Source: Lingula anatina (taxonomy: Eukaryota; Animalia; Brachiopoda). Taken from it: DNA of 64,000 bases. Every line of letters starts with the position of its first letter. Within the stretch, counting starts at the first letter, position 1. The position numbers and the translations under genes were made by a program. Shown here one piece after another: positions 63,171 to 64,000 of this stretch. The stretch spans positions 20,646,001 through 20,710,000 of the forward strand of contig CM120646.1 of NCBI GenBank assembly GCA_051362555.1. The letters are read 5' to 3'. The notes beneath the pieces were generated by a model. That model was not told the DNA's origin, did no database searches, and saw only the letters and a program-made list of their open reading frames with translations.

Positions 63171-64000
63171 GTTATAATTTTGGAATTACAATAATGTGCC
63201 ATAAATTTCGTACAGAAAAAATTAATTAAAATAAAGAAAAGGTCCTTTTGGTTAAAATTCTTGAAATGGGAGGTGCTCTGAAGTTTCAGATGTTCAAATT
63301 TGATGAAATAATGTCATTTTTGACCACAAGTTGTCTGCCTCGCCAAGCCTTATGTTTTATTTTACCGGGGTTCAAAATTTATTATCCATTACCGTACTGC
63401 ACATTTTGCTTTCACCACCAATATGTACTTTTTGATACAGCGTAACTCCAAAACCGTATGGAATACAAAAAAAACGGAGACCACCTCCAGTGTTGGGCTT
63501 TACATGCTTTACAAAATGCAAAAAAGAATGGGTCTCTAGCATTAACGGTTCCCGAATTAGAGACAGTTTTCAGTTTCGGCATCTTATGGCCGCTACTCCC
63601 GTGAAAATGCACCGATTGACCCAAAATTCACGGAGATGAAAGATGACATAAAGGGTAACACTTTCCAATAATATTATTGGTTAAGTCTGTGTGTTGTCTG
63701 AAAAACAGCACAAATAATTTTTTTCGTAAAAAATTTCGTTTTTTGAAAATTTTGGCCCGTTTGACCTTGAAATAAAGGTCAAAGGTCTTATCCAAGAGCA
63801 TATTTGAAATCTACACATATGACTTGTGGAAAGCCGTCTGTAAAAATTTTTCCCATAATTCCTTCCGTAGGGTAGATAATTAGCATTTAATTTTGCCATT
63901 TTTGGACAAGGGTGCATTGCAATGAGTGCCACACCTAGACCCCAATACCGACAAAGCCCAAATTTTACGTGGAACGAGTTGAGATTATAGGTGACCTAAA

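Overview
AT-rich animal genomic DNA with GT-AG introns, microsatellites and non-autonomous DNA-transposon repeats. It is probably a marine invertebrate, but the taxon cannot be fixed from the sequence. I reconstructed eight protein-coding genes by reading splice sites by hand. (1-4) A 13.4-kb cluster of four type-II membrane enzymes with intronless CDSs: two paralogous five-bladed-propeller proteins with GT91 (fungal BMT beta-mannosyltransferase)/GH130-like motifs on the minus strand, head-to-head with two paralogous PAPS-dependent sulfotransferases that look bacterial. This is a candidate sulfated-glycan biosynthetic cluster. (5) A 3-exon Ly6/uPAR (three-finger) protein. (6) An 18-exon secreted proteinase-K-type S8A subtilase with a very Lys-rich propeptide. 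(7) Divergent from it, a 13-exon, 891-aa fusion of an AA15-type LPMO, a GH18 chitinase and two 8-Cys CBM14-like domains. (8) A VWA gene in which a complete second VWA domain, on a symmetric phase-1 exon, is inserted inside the first. Mobile DNA includes a LINE RT remnant, a Harbinger/Tourist-like MITE family (4 copies), a 2.9-kb foldback element with Ginger1-type ends and a CCGG target duplication, and a 144-bp tandem array carrying perfect DR1 motifs. No database search was possible, so family calls rest on motif recognition.
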